Origin: Chrysemys picta bellii | Lineage: Eukaryota | Assembly (NCBI RefSeq): GCF_011386835.1 | Contig: NC_088798.1 | Coordinates: 105,090,001 to 105,154,000, forward strand | Reading direction: 5' to 3' | DNA length: 64,000 nt | Shown: positions 13,393 through 27,356 of the stretch, in pieces | How the letters are laid out: every line of letters begins with the position of its first letter | How positions within the stretch are numbered: the stretch's first letter is position 1 | Translations under genes and position numbers: made by a program | The notes under the pieces: generated by a model | Database searches by the model: none | Told to the model about the DNA's origin: nothing | What the model saw: the letters and a program-made list of their open reading frames with translations, nothing else

Positions 13393-14601
13393 TCATAAGT
13401 CCTACCAAACCGAGAATAAAACTCATCTGCATGGTTTCGTTCCTGTAGAGAAGGAGGCCTCTTGTGGGCTATCAGATGAATAAAGCTGAAATGTATAAAG
13501 AATCTGATAAGGTAGACTTAGGAATTTGTGATATTCAGGAGTTCCCTGCTTTTCTTTTTGGAGTTTGAAATTACTGTTTGTATCTGCTACATCCTCCACT
13601 GTGGCCATAATTTCCTCTGCATGCCTATGTGCATACTGGAAACCATCAGTATTTGCCTCTTCCTAAATTGTTCTGGTGTTATCTTCGTTACAGACCATTA
13701 GACTGCCACATGTTGTAAGCTTGATGGGGCATCTCGCCTATAATTTGGGCAAAACCACTCTTCTCTGGCAGCATAGGGCTGGATCCTCAGGTATGCTGGA
13801 ACAGGGCATAGTGCATCTGGGCAGGGGAAATCAGTAATTTTTTTTCACTCCTGAATCCTGAAGGTAATTTGGGGCAGTTCTGCTGTCTCAGGGGTGCACT
13901 GGGCTTCTGGATGCAGGGGGAAGGGAAGAAAAGTTCAAGAGCAGGTATCAGAGCCAGCTATATTAGCTTGGTTTCCCTGGGTATTCTACATATGGGGAGC
14001 ACCCAGCTGGCTTTCCATCCCCATTGGGCTGCCAGAGCAGAGCGGAGACTTTGGCCCAAAATGAGACGGCATACAATTAAAGGCAAGAGCAATACTTTAT
14101 ATATGTGAATGTAAAAAAACTCTGTAGGCTTGGATTTGATTTTGATTATTGTTTTTGAGAGTCAAGCGACTTCTGTTCAGAATTGTTCATTAGAATTCTG
14201 TCTCTCGAGACAGTCTCTTGCTGTTTCTTTTTTTGATCTCCTCCCCCCATCTCCCTCCGGCCCGGCTCTTTATAGAAGACTGAGTCTTGTGCAAAACTTA
14301 CGCTTGGCTAATATCAGGGCATCTTGATAACGACTTGTCCTACTGAGAATGGGACCATTATGATCCCTTAATAATCAAATTTTGTATGTCTGTTTGTAGT
14401 TTTCTTCATCTTTTGAATGACTTGCTTCCTTGCGCGTAGCTTTTATTAGAACATGTGAATCCAGCATTTTTAGGATGCACTTGAAGTAACATGTCCTTAA
14501 AGTCAAACACCGAAGCTATTGACTTTTGCTTTCAGAATATTTCTAATGAATTGGTTTATGATGGACTCCAATTGGTTGTCACTTTAAAATAACAAAACTA
14601 A

Positions 14602-14807
14602 GAGTCTGTCTGCACTGCCCATGTTATAGTCATGCTTTATCAGTGTGGGAGAGCTCTCCCAGCAATAAAAAAATAACCACCCTGAACGAGATGTGGTAAC
14701 TTTATCGCTGGGAGCACGGCTCCCGGCAATAATTGTACTGGGGGTGTGTTTTCACACCCCTGAACAACTGAAGTTTTAGTGCTGAAAGTGGCAGTGTAGA
14801 CACAGCC
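14602..14807. mobile_element. PIF/Harbinger-type MITE
   Basis: TIR GAGTCTGTCTGCACTGC / GCAGTGTAGACACAGCC (13/17); TAA on both sides. Confidence 0.65.
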
Positions 14808-16367
14808 TAAGATTGAGATGCTGTGCTGTACTTCTTCAGAGGTGCGGCACAAAAGATGTAGTCCAGGTAAGAGAGGGCAAAGGTGGCTATGTACCACTCC
14901 AATTCTGGGCTACCTCCTGGGCTGGTGTAGCCTCCAGAATAAGTTAAAGCAGGTCCTGAGGCTGTTCTGACTTAGGGCAGCCTTGCCTGACCATCTATAG
15001 AACATTCAGAGGCTATTTTCTCTCTCTGTCTACCCCCACGATGGCATTATGCCAGAGGGCAGAGTAGGGCTGCCGTTGTTGGTTCTGTGCTGCTTTTGTG
15101 CTGGAGAAATTCCCTAGGAGGTTGTTATGGCCCCTTCAAGCTGTTGGAGGAGACCCGATTCCAGCCCCGAAGCTTTTTTTAGTAGCACAAATGTAAAAGA
15201 ATGAAACCAATCTAAAACTCACTGTTGAGGCTCAAGTTGAGTGATGGGTGTGTGGGGCAGGTATGGCACATGTCTAAAACCCTGATTGGCTGCAGGAAGA
15301 AGGGATTAGGGTGTTGAACACTGGGGGAAAGTGGCTTTCATATGCCTTTTGGGTAACATCTGCTTGGTTTAGTACAAACTTTTGCTAGGTTTTTATTACT
15401 GACTGCAGTGCAGGGCCAGTAGAGCCAGCTATCATGTATTCTGCCTTACAACAACAACAAAACTGCCAACCAAGCGCCGATCCCAGTACCCATCTCTGTA
15501 ATGGCGATGTATGAAGCAACAGTCGCCCAGCTTGAACTCCAGTACTGGGAGCCAGAAAACTCTGGCATTGATTTATAATCTGCACCGTTTTTATGTGAAT
15601 AATTGAGGGGAAGCACATAGGGACCACATGGAGTCCTTTTTTAGACTGACCTAGACATTAAGATTTCGAAGCTGGATGTTTTGTGAATCTCTCTTAGCAG
15701 CAAAGATTTTCTTTTTATAATTATTGATCCAGTCGGATTAAATAAAAGGTAAATAGACAGTCTATGCCCTAAGCTGTAACTCATTTGACTTATCTGTTGG
15801 ATTTAGCTGACACGTGATCAGCTAAGTGAGGGAAGATGGGTGGGAAGGAAGGAGTTTGCTTTTGTTCATTAGGCTACCTTAATACAGTCCAGCATGCCTG
15901 TTAAATTTGAGATTGTTTAGAACTGCATTAGAGTCCTGTAGGAGTTTTGTGCTGTTGACAAAAATGGGTTGGACTGACCTTTTTTAAAAATGGTCTTAAT
16001 ACAGTAGCATAGGCTTCAAACTTTAGAGTGTCCTTATTGTGAAGTCAGGTGAGGTAAATAGACCTTGAATCTGCTGTGAATGACTTAACCGCTTAGGAAA
16101 TCCTCTTGAAGAATCTTTCTTGTATGCTTGCTACCAGGGTATGTGGGAATTTAGGATACTTAAACTCTTTCTTGTTGAAATGAAATGGAACAAAAATCTA
16201 GTTGTTCACGCTGTTGTTTTTCCCCAGTAAAAAAAGTCGATAGTATATCCGTATGAATTAAGTGGATAACATTGTGTTAAAACTAATCATAGTGTTTGTT
16301 TTTCATTATAATTATATACTTTCATGTTGTCTCATGTCTCAATATGTACAACAAAATAGAGAGCTAA

Positions 16368-16508
<141 letters not shown>

Positions 16509-17444
16509 TAATGCGTCTTAATGTTTCACTTTGTTTTTCTTTGCATGTATGCTATAAACTGTAACAAACCTGTACCCTCCTTTTGGCTTGCCAGATGCAA
16601 GATTTGGATGCTGGGTGGATGCTAATCTTACATTAAATTAATTCACTCCCAGCTGCGACCACATAGAAGATAAAAGTAAAGGTTACAGCAGACCATTTTT
16701 ATTTGTCTAAGGTATTTCTAATTGTCAGTGCTTAAATTTTGAGAACTGCTCTGTTTGGTGTTAGTCTGAAGCTTCTTTACTCATTCAGGTCTCATTCTAA
16801 GACTAACAAGGTTGGCTAAAAATGAATATCTTTTTTTAAAAAGATTTAAATTAAAATAAACCTGTTGAAAATTAAATCGGAAGTTACGGCAACCTATTTT
16901 TAAGGCCTACACGTAATTTAATCCATTAAAATAATTTTTAAAAGGCACATTATATCATTGACCTGCTCCAAAAGTGTAAGGAATTAAAGCGTTCTGGAAT
17001 TTTAAATTCTATGCAGAATCAGAGGAAAAAATCTCTAACTTTTGAGATCAACTCAAGCTTTATAAATGTCACATTATTGCATTAAGTATCCATATTTTCA
17101 GCTTTACAATGAAATGAATGCCGGTATTTACATGTCTACTTCTGGTTTCTGTTCTGCGGAAATATTTTTTTGTCTTGATTACTTTGGGTTTCAGGTTAGC
17201 TAACAGGTACAGAGAGAATATTTTCCTTTGGACTAGTTTATTCAAGATAAAGCAGGGCCCTTTTGAATTTTGTACACTTTTAACTGAACTCCAATTTCCA
17301 TTCAAATGCAGTTTGACACACATGCTCAGGGAAATCATTATCTAGTAAATAAACTGATGAATGATGCATTTCTAACATAAAGTAAAAATGTATGTTATCG
17401 TATATCTATATTTAAGCAATTATATTGCTTATCCTGTATATTCC

Positions 17445-17822
17445 TAGATTATAAGGCCAGAAGAGTCTGCTGTGTGATCATCTAGTTTGACCTCCTGCAT
17501 AACGCCTGTCATATAATTTTCCTGAATTAAATCCTGTTTGAACTAGAGCATTTCTTTTAGACAAACATCCCATCTAGATAATTACCAGTAATGGAGAATC
17601 CACCACAGTCTTTGGTAAATTGTTCGAGTAGCTAATTACCCTTACTGATAAAAATCTGTGCTTTATTTCTTGCCTGAATTTGTCTCGCTTCACTCTGCAG
17701 CCCTTGGATCTTATTACACCTTTGTCTGCTAAATTGAAGAGCCTATTATCAATCACATTTTTGTTTCTCATGTAGTTTAGTTATAAACTATGATAGTCAC
17801 CCCATAACCTTCTTTTTGTTAG
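17445..17822 (-). mobile_element. CR1 LINE 3' fragment (old)
   Basis: Minus ORF 17574..17771 (RSKGCRVKRDKFRQEIKHRFLSVRVISYSNNLPKTVVDSP) matches the CR1 ORF2 C-terminus; CR1-type 3' end follows. Confidence 0.75.
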
Positions 17823-20623
17823 CAAAAAGACTCATGAAGTGTAAAGGCCAAGTTTAGTATATTTGATTGGAAATGAACACATTTTAATGGTTATACCAAG
17901 CAGTGAAAATTAACCTTTCTTTAGAAAAACCAGCGCAAATGCTAAATAAGGTTAAAATCAATTATTTAAATTAGGGTTTCCTGCTTGCTGACTTAAATAG
18001 GTCCACCCTGATAATAAATATATCATTCATTGGGAGACTTATGCTTGCTTGGGGTTAGGCTTTACCACACTACATAAGCTAAGAACTCCCACAATCCTGA
18101 AATCCTCTTCATGCATAAATGTCACCGGGTATCGGGTGAAGATGATTTGGAATTGTTCACAAGTGTGCAGAGCAGCTAACCCACTCATTTAGTCCAGACA
18201 CAGTTTATTGCATATTCTCAGGGTTTTTATTCTAATCTAACTTGTACCTGCTGGCAAAATTCTCTGCTCTGTAATACTACTGCTATTTTAGCAAATAGTA
18301 GAAGAAGCTATAAAATGTAAGTTTCACCTGTAGTTTGCACATTAGTATCTTTTAAGTCTCTAGGTTAATAAAATATCCTTCTGAATATAATTTATAACCA
18401 GGACTTGACTAAATATTGCCAGATGGCACCTGCTAGCCAAAGGACTAGGTTGATATGGAAGATGAGCTTTGGGCTTGGGAGAGGAGCACACCAGGATCCT
18501 ACAAAGCCTAGCACCAATCCCAGCTGCTGGAAAAGGCTGATAAGATCCTTAGCAGGGAGCTGTGGTGGACCATACTGGTGGTTCTGTCTCTTTTGCTCCC
18601 CAAATCATTGAACTTCCTGATGGCTCTAATGGTGGAGGCGGCTGTTTCCTGCTACTTTAGCTGGGGTTTTTTTGGCTGTCTTCCCGAATACGTTAGTGCC
18701 TGCATGTGCTGCTGTTCATAGTTTTCCAAAACAGCAGCACCAGAGACGTATTCGCATGCGTCCTGTCAGTTTCGCTGCTGTCCAGAGAGTTCTGAATAGC
18801 AGGAGTGAAACTAACCTACGTCTTGCTAATTATCCTAGGCAGCAGTGTGAAGCTGCGAGGCTTGCTGCTGTCTCATAAGACTGCATTGCATTGGCTCACG
18901 CTTAGGAAGTTTATTTTGCAATTACTAGTGTCAAGAACTCTTTTAAAAAGCTGAATTTCTACAGAAATGGATGTATGTCCTTCACTTGCCAGGAGAAGCT
19001 CTTCACTTAACTGAATGGGTTGTCAAGCCACCCAAGTGTCTAGGAAGTATTACTCGTATTTCTCAGAAATAGCCTTGGCAAATTGTACAAAGAAAATGAG
19101 AGGCAAAGTTTTGTAGTTTGTGACACTGATTCTGCTTAGCAGCACTTTGAATGGGAAGTGTCGAGGTACTTTTGACTGAAACAGGCCTCTTTTGTGGGTC
19201 CTCCACCGCTCTCCCCCCCCAGTCTCTTAAAGATGATACTATTCTGTCTGTAAATCACTGCATTCTCACTCTTGTGATGTTGCTCCTGCATACTAGGTTG
19301 CTGACTTTAGAAGGAAAATTATAGATGAGTTGTGGTACGTGTCAAAATTAAAATAAATACTAAATGTCTCCACTAGAGCTATGTATAGAATGGAAGTTTC
19401 ATTTTGCAAAGGATTTCAAGATACGAATTTCTAAACTCTCACAAAAAAAATGTGAAGAAATTGTTTTGGGTTGATTAAAACTTTTTTTTTTTTTTTTTTT
19501 TAGTCAAAACTTGTGTACGATATAAAATTTTCAAAACAATGTTTGAAAACAAAGTCAAAATGTTTCCTTCCGAACATAGTGAAATGGGTGTTGTCAGAAC
19601 TTTTTTCTTCCAAAACAAAGCTTTGGCAAAATCAAAAACATTTCACAAGGGATTTCAATTTTGATGGAACTGCATATTCCAGCAGAATATGGTTTTGTTA
19701 AAGCTTCTCTAGGCTGTGGTTGAGAGTCAGCATGCAAATGTGTTTAAGAACCTTTTAAAAAAACAGTCTTTATAGGCTTTCTGCAGTCATTTGGTGTCCT
19801 TTAGGGTCAGTGGAGCTCTACTTGGGTAAATAGTGGTACTAGGGCTGGCATGGCTTGTTCAGTTTTTTGTTTAAAATAATTCTATTTCCTCTTAAGAGTG
19901 TAATAAAACCAATCTAGTGTAATTATGATCAGGAAAAGTCTGTAAAATTGGCAGTCAACAGAACCAAGTTCCACTTACAGATTCTTTGTTGAAAGTGTCT
20001 AAGTCAGAAATAATTCAACTTGACTTTTATATACTAAGGTGAGTTTACAGGGTTAGCAGTTAATTGGGATAAAAGAGTTTTAACTGAGCAAATTTTGATC
20101 TAGAAATCACTGAAGCAATAAACATATGAACACTGCTGTTTCTAGAGGCCACTTTCCAGAGTACAGTTGTATGTCAAAACTGGTGTCTTGAGCCTCTACC
20201 AGTGGTTTGAGTATCGTTGAGTATCTACCCATAGGGAAGATGACAGATTCCAGAGTACTGTCTTCCTAAAACCTATCCAGAGAACCTGGAACTGGCTAGG
20301 TGACTTTAGACACCCCTTGAATTCTTTTAAAAGAGCAGAAAACTCGAGGGCCTGTTCAGTGAGAGTATTATCTTCTGTGCTGAACTCTGCACCTTGCGGT
20401 AGGAAAACTGAAGAATTTTGGTTTTGAAGAACAAATACTTGCAAATAGGAATTTGGATTTGCTTGCGCTGAAATTTTGGACTGAGCAATCTTGACTGTGT
20501 GCTGTTAATAAGACTTAGTTCAAATATAGTATTTTTATAGTAAAATACTGTCTGCTGAAGACCAGTAACATGATTCAATTTTTAATGCAACAAGGCTTAA
20601 TCTATAAATTCCCTCTTTTACAG

Positions 20624-20705
20624 ATTTTATGGAAAGAATTCTTCCTATGTCCATGGTGGCTTGGATTCCAATGGAAAACCAGCTGATGCAGTCTATGGGC
20701 AATCT
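20624..20705 (+). CDS. G3BP1: G3BP1 exon 3 ([28 protein letters not shown])
   Basis: ttttacag acceptor, GTAAGC donor, 82 nt; frame continues from exon 2; NTF2-like sequence. Confidence 0.97.
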
Positions 20706-21521
20706 GTAAGCGTCTGTAAAACTGAGTGAAATACTTTTGCAGGGAATTAAATATTTACAGTTAGATTTTTCTGATCTAAGATCTTCTGGCTTGTTTAGTG
20801 TTTCAAGCAGATCTGTCTATTAGATGATACTGAGCATATGTGTGTCCATACTCTCTGAGGTGTTTGTAGTTTTACTGGGTGCAATATGAACATCTTGGAG
20901 AAGTCTATTCTGGGACTTGAGAATTAATTTGCAATAATTTGCCATCCTTTTGTGCTTGGTAGGCAAACTTGTCACGTGTTCCCAAAACTGTCAAAAGCTA
21001 TGAAATTTGGAGATGGATATAAAATACTGATAAGAACACCACATTAAAGCAGAGTGTCAGTGGTGAAGCATTTAATGGTATTCAGGCAATGATATCTTCT
21101 GCAAACTAAAGCAAAGTCCAAGTGTCCTCTTTGACTCTTGTCTCAACTCAGAAGAAAAAGCGCGTGGCATGGCCTGTCTGTCTGTCTGTGTTGCCTTGAT
21201 GTGAGTTCATTTTTATGATCAAATTTGCAAGTGGCACCAAAATTGGAGAGGGAGGGGGGAAAGGCCAAACAGCAGATTGACCTAGAGAGACTAAAATAGT
21301 GAAGACTGAAGGTATTGAGAAAAGTTTAAATATAAAGAACTACACCAAGGGGGAGTGGCATTTGGGACTATGCTCTCTAGGGCTTTGAGGGCAACCCTAG
21401 GCCGCAAGCCTCTCACTAAACTTGATAATCTCTATACCCACCAATCTGCACTATACAAGTCTTTCTGATAAACTGAATTATCTTAGAAAATGGGTAACTG
21501 ATTCTTCTCTGCCTTTTGCAG

Positions 21522-21695
21522 GACATCCACAAGAAGGTGCTGTCACTGAACTTTAAGGACTGCCACACAAAGATCCGTCATGTGGATGCCCATGCTACTC
21601 TTAATGATGGTGTTGTAGTCCAGGTGATGGGAGAACTCTCCAATAACATGCAGCCAGTGCGCAGGTTCATGCAGACGTTTGTACTTGCACCTGAG
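21522..21695 (+). CDS. G3BP1: G3BP1 exon 4 ([58 protein letters not shown])
   Basis: ttttgcag acceptor, GTATGC donor, 174 nt; matches the homologous part of ORF 21516..21788. Confidence 0.97.
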
Positions 21696-23036
21696 GTATG
21701 CTTTATGGAGCTCTGCTGTTACTTTAACCCATGTGCTAGTACTGACATGAAAATAGTTGTAGCTATTCAGCTCACCACTGGAATCTGAAGATTCCAATTG
21801 GGAAGTATTTCTTGCACAAGAGTCCAACAGTGGTGTGCTGCAAATGCTTTAAGAAGTTACATTACTTTAATTTGTTTATGCTAACCTGGAACAGTATCAG
21901 GAGGGGATGTCACATTTTGAGTTGTGGCTAGTAAGTATCATTAAAATATTGCTTAGGTAGGTATTCTCAAAATATTGCAGATCCCCCACTTAACAGTTGT
22001 ATCTTGCAGCTGATACCTCAAACATCTAGTGTTGGAGAACAAAGCTCTCCTACATTTGAAGACTTGCATTCCAAGCTTTCTGATGCTATAAAGTATTGAC
22101 TTCCCGCTGCAGTTGCTTTCAAAATAGCAGTTTTCAAAATCATATGACAGTTGAAAGTGGGAGTGAAGAAAGTGATCATAATTGAGTGACATTATTTTTA
22201 ACTTGGCAGTTTCCAATTTCCGTTTTGGAAGCTGTAGCTCCCAGTCTTTTTCAACTTTGGTAGTTCATAACAAATTATCTTTGAGTCATGATTAATGCAT
22301 GGAAAGAGATGTCAATGATGAGCATCATTGCAGACCACCCATCTTATTTACAAGTATCTTGCTATGTTGAGCACGTGCCTTTACTCTAGAGGCTGTATAG
22401 TTGAGGGTAGCTCCTAATCTCCATGTCTCCAGCCTTTCCTAACTGGACTTAGTTTGACCTAAAATCCCACTTTCGTGTTTGTGATCTATTAAACTTTTTA
22501 TATTTGGCATACCTCAAATATCACTTCTTAAATACAGCACCATTAGGGAAACAACTACTACTATGCAGCATCTCAGCAAAGAGTTCGTCTCTGAGCTTAT
22601 TAATAAATTCTCTAACGCTTACATGGGCAATATGACACTGGACTTATCCATAAAGTCAGGATGCTTTCAGGGATTTCATTTAGATTACTCATCAGTCGCT
22701 TGGTATTCTGTATTTAATCACCTTTTCTTCTCTGAAGTCCAATCACAGACACGAGCTATGGTGTGCTATCCAGATACAGATGGATTAAAAGTAGTTAATA
22801 TTTGGTATAGAATGGAATGAATTTCTTTTGACCCTTTTCTGTTTGAAATAGAAGTCATTAGTGTTATTTTACTACTTTTAAGACACGGTCAAAGTGCAGC
22901 AAAATAGTTGGTATATACATGTCTCTTACTATACACTTCTCCTCATGGTAGTGAAGGCAGGTCTATCTTCTTCAGACACCGCAGCAGGTCCTGGGTTGGG
23001 TTTGTTTTCCCTGAACAACTGCCTGCCCCTCTTGAA

Positions 23037-23454
23037 CTAGCTTCCCTCTAAGCTGCACTGCCAGGCAGGTGCTTAGGGCTGCAGCGGGGAGAGGCACCTC
23101 TCCTGCAGCTGCAGCCCCAGCCCCAGAGCTGCTGCAGTCGGGGAGAGGCGGCCCTCTCCCCTCCAGTCCTGGAGCTGCCGCACCACCTCCCCTCCAGTCC
23201 CGGAGCTGCTGGGGAGAGGCAGCTCTCTTCTCCCTCCCCTCCCAGCCCCAGGGCAGCCTGCACCCCAAACTCCTCATCCTCAACCCCCATCCCAGAACCC
23301 TCACCTCCCTGCACCCCAAGGCTCTGCCGCAGCCCTGAGCCCCCTTTCGCACCCTGAACTCCTTGGCCCTACCCACACCACACATCACCTCCATATTGGT
23401 GCACATAACAAAATTCATTCCTCACATGCATGGGAAAAATTAGAGGGAACATTG
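23037..23454. mobile_element. hAT MITE with GC-rich interior
   Basis: TIR CTAGCTTCCCTCTAA / TTAGAGGGAACATTG (12/15); TSD CTCTTGAA / CTTTTGAG (6/8). Confidence 0.7.
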
Positions 23455-23462
23455 CTTTTGAG

Positions 23463-25161
23463 TCATAAGAACGGCCGTACTGGGTCAGACCAAGGTCCAT
23501 CTAGCCCAGTATCCTGTTTACCGACAGTGGCCAATGCCAGGTGCCCCAGAGGGAGTGGACCAACAGGCAGTGATCAAGTGATCTCTCTCCTGCCATCCAT
23601 CTCCATCCTCTGACAAACAGAGGCTAGGGACACCATTCCTTACCCATCATGGCTAATAGCCATTAATGGACTTAACCACCATGAATTTATCCAGTCCTCT
23701 TTTAAACGCTGTTATAGTCCTAGCCTTCACAACCTCCTCAGGTAAGGAGTTTCACAAGTTGACTGTGCACTGCGTGAAGAAGAACTTCCTTGTATTTGTT
23801 TTAAACCTGCTGCCTATTAATTTCATTTGATGACCCCTAGTTCTTGTATTATGGGAATAAGTAAATAACTTTTCCTTATCCACTTTCTCCACATCACTCA
23901 TGATTTTATATACCTCTATCAAATCCCCCCCTTCGTCTCCTCTTTTCCAAGCTGAAGAGTCTTAGCCTCTTTAAATCTCTCCTCATATGGGACACGTTCC
24001 AAACCCCTAATTATTTTAGTTGCTCTTTTCTGAACCTTTTCTAGTGCCAGTATATCTTTTTTGAGATGAGGAGACCACATCTGTACGCAGTATTCGAGAT
24101 ATGGGCGTACCATCGATTTATATAAGGGCAATAATATATTCTCAGTCTTATTCTCTATCCCTTTTTTAATGATTCTTAACACCCTGTTTGCTTTTTTGAC
24201 TGCCACTGCACACTGCGTGGATGTCTTCAGAGAACTATCCACGATGACTCCAAGATCTCTTTCCTGACTTGTTGTAGCTAAATTAGCCCCCATCATATTG
24301 TATGTACAGTTGGGGTTATTTTTTTCCAATGTCCGTTACTTTACATTTATCCACATTAAATTTCATTTCCCATTTTGTTGCACCATCACTTAGTTTTGTG
24401 AGATCTTTTTGAAGTTCATCACAGTCTGCTTTGGTCTTCACTATCTTGAGCAGTTTAGTGTCATCTGCAAACTTTGCCACCTCACTGTTTACCCCTTTCT
24501 CCAATCATTTATATATAAGTTGAATAGGATTGGTCCGAGCACTGACCTTTGGGGAACACCACTAGTTACCCCTCTCCATTCTGAGAATTTACCATTATTT
24601 CCTACCCTTTGTTCCCTGTCTTTTAACCAGTTCTCAATCCATGAACAGACCTTCCCTTTTATCCCTTGACAACTTAATTTACGTAAGAGTCTTTGGAGAG
24701 GGACCTTGTCAAAGGCTTTCTGGAAATCTAAGTACACTATGTCCACTGGATGCCCTTGTCCACATGTTTGTTGACCCCTTCAAAGAACTCTAATAGATTA
24801 GTAAGACACGATTTCCCTTTACAGAAACCATGTTGACTATGGCTCAACAGTTTGTTTTTCTATGTGTCTGACAATTTTATTCTTAACTATTGTTTCGACT
24901 AATTTGCCCGGTACCGACGTTAGACTTACCGGTCTGTAATTGCCAGGATCACCTCTAGAGCCCTTTTTAAATATTAGCGTTACATTAGCTAACTTCCAGT
25001 CACTAGGTACAGAAGCCGATTTAAAGGACAGGTTACAAACCTTAGTTAATAGTTCCGCAATTTCACATTGAGTTCTTTCAGAACTCTTGGGTGAATGCCA
25101 TCTGGTCCCCGTGACTTGTTAATGTTAAGTTTTTATCAATTAATTCCAAAACCACCTCTAG
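23463..25161 (-). mobile_element. 5'-truncated CR1 LINE (~1.7 kb) with frameshifted reverse transcriptase
   Basis: Minus ORFs 24489..24746 ([29 protein letters not shown]), 24316..24504 (KFADDTKL) and 23919..24329 (ERDLGVIVD, LYKSMVRPYLEYCVQMWSP); TTCTTATG-type tail at 23463. Confidence 0.95.
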
Positions 25162-26335
25162 TCCCCTTTTAAACTTCTATAGTCTTTTTGACTTTGGTTC
25201 CCAGGCTTTTTACATCCTAGCATTGTCTCTTAATGCCCCCTTGTGTTTATCAACAGGTGTCTTATCTTGAGCCATTCTGTTTCCTTCCTGCTTGTTTTCC
25301 TTATATATTAACACAGTAAACATCCAATTTGCTAGGTCAACCTACAGTATTCATGAATTATTGTAGAGCAGCTCCAAGCCCATAAGTCTGTTTCTAATTG
25401 TGATCTATTGTTCTCAAGTTGTTACTGAGATGGCCCCCCAAAAACTTTTCAAATCCACAGCTAGATAAAGTTGCTAACCTTTTGTTTGGCTTTAATTTGG
25501 CCTTATTGATCCTGTCAGCCATAATGAAGCAAGGTATAGTTGCTTGTTTGGAATGAATAGCATTTTTCCTTTCTGCTTCAGGAATTCTTTCAAAAGCTGT
25601 ACAGTGTCTCTTTGCTTTCTGCAGAGTTTTATGGGTGTTATCCTAGTTCTCTTCATCACCTACAGCTGTGTGCTTGCTATTATGGTGGAGTGGCTGTTAT
25701 GATTGCAACAATATTTCCATTTTGACAGGCGTGTCAAGCCTTTATTCTATTTGAAAAATTAAGTATATCAAAGCAAATATGAACCTAGTACTTGAATTTT
25801 CCATATTGGAGATGAGTTTATAGGTTTTTCCTCATAGACTGGCAAATATTCCCTAATCACTGGCCAAACCTAGGGATCTGGGCCATAAACTGCTTAGTGC
25901 AGTATATGGAATGGGGGGCAAAAAGTGGTACAGAGCAACCTCTCCACTCCCGTGATCCTCTGCTTGACTGGAGGCCAAACCAGTCCTATCATAGCTTAGG
26001 GCAACCTCAACTACAAATCTGCTCTAAGGTGCATCACCTAGTGTGGTGATTCTTTGGAGTGCAGCACATGCTAGTATTCTCCCCTCATAGCCTGCCCAAG
26101 AATGTCCCTTGTGTGCTTGGGAGCTGAGTGTAGAAGCAACTTTGCTGGTTTTGTGCCACCCAGAGGTTCCCTCTGTTGGGGCAGTTGCTACTTCCGCACA
26201 GCCAGAGTGTCACAGGAGGGGGCAGAGCTCTGACCAGGATCTGTCACTATGGCTGTAAACTCTTCATAATCATGTAATGTTTTGCTCTGAGACTGAATAT
26301 AATGGAACCAACTTCTTATTCCTGCTTGCCTGCAG

Positions 26336-26426
26336 GGTTCTGTTGCAAATAAGTTTTATGTCCATAACGACATCTTCCGCTACCAAGATGAGGTTTTTGG
26401 TGATTCGGACACCGAGCCTCCAGAGG
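26336..26426 (+). CDS. G3BP1: G3BP1 exon 5 ([30 protein letters not shown]; end of NTF2-like domain)
   Basis: cctgcag acceptor, GTAAGT donor, 91 nt; contains the NTF2-like [12 protein letters not shown] motif. Confidence 0.97.
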
Positions 26427-26573
26427 GTAAGTAAGTACCAGGATCCTGGAGCATTCTACCAGTGCCAGATTTTTGTGGCATTAGTGGGCATAGTAAACTA
26501 CTCTCAATTCTCAGACTAGAGAAGATTCTTCTCTTATGAGAAGGCATATTTGCAGTAAATTCAAATTGTCTCT

Positions 26574-26575
<2 letters not shown>

Positions 26576-26613
<38 letters not shown>

Positions 26614-26630
26614 ATATATATATATATATA
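26576..26630. repeat. (TG)n(TA)n compound microsatellite in G3BP1 intron 5
   Basis: Read directly. Confidence 0.9.
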
Positions 26631-26895
26631 ATTTTTTTTTCCTGTCCCTTCTGTACTGCTGGTACTTCAGCATGGGCTGGTGGAATACAGACTGTTGCAG
26701 TCGCTGGTACGGTCCTTCTTCCTGCAGTGATATTAAAATAAAACTTCCCAAAAATTTGTGGTGGTTGTTTTTTGTTTTTGTTTTTTTTTTGTTTGTTTGT
26801 TTGTTTTTTGTTTTGTTTTTTTGAAAGAATCCCTTTGAGCTTGGACAGTGTGATAGGTGTAACTTGAGTTCTCTTCCTTCCCTAACCCACTCTAG

Positions 26896-26986
26896 AATCT
26901 GAGGAGGAGGTGGAGGAACCTGAGGAAAGACAGCAGACCCCTGAGACAGTTGATGATACCGGTGCTTACTACGAGCAGTCTGTAAG
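26896..26986 (+). CDS. G3BP1: G3BP1 exon 6 (ESEEEVEEPEERQQTPETVDDTGAYYEQSVS; acidic IDR1, includes Ser149)
   Basis: ctctag acceptor. The donor AAG|GTAAAA at 26987 is the only one that keeps frame with exon 7 (91 nt). The serine in EESEEE falls at codon 149 of the spliced CDS. Confidence 0.94.
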
Positions 26987-27356
26987 GTAAAAAGATTATA
27001 CTCTTAATATGGTGAAGGCAAACTTTGCATTGTGTGATTTCTTTAAGGACCAGGTCTGGAATCAAATGTGAAGAGAAGTCAGGAATGAAAATGTTTTATG
27101 TCTAGAAGTCAGGCTTCTGCTGCAGAAGCTGTAGCATAAACCTTGTTAAATGATACACTATTAGCTGTGAGGCTGAGCAACTGTTTTCAGCTGATATAAC
27201 ACGTTCTAAGTATATGCCTAGTGAAGTGAATTTTGCTGTGCTGCTCCTCTTGATTGCATTGTACTTTGCATACCTGGGTTAGAAGCCTGCCTTCAATACT
27301 GTTCTTTATCCGAATTGAAAAGACATCTTGTTTCCATTCCTGGTGTTCTTCAATAG

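Noticed and set aside
15410-15580. CpG-retaining, coding-looking patch ~0.9 kb upstream of exon 2 (possible cryptic exon or retrocopy fragment)
   Set aside because: Translations in all frames are short and unrecognised, and the splice signals are weak. RNA-seq or BLAST would be needed to support it.
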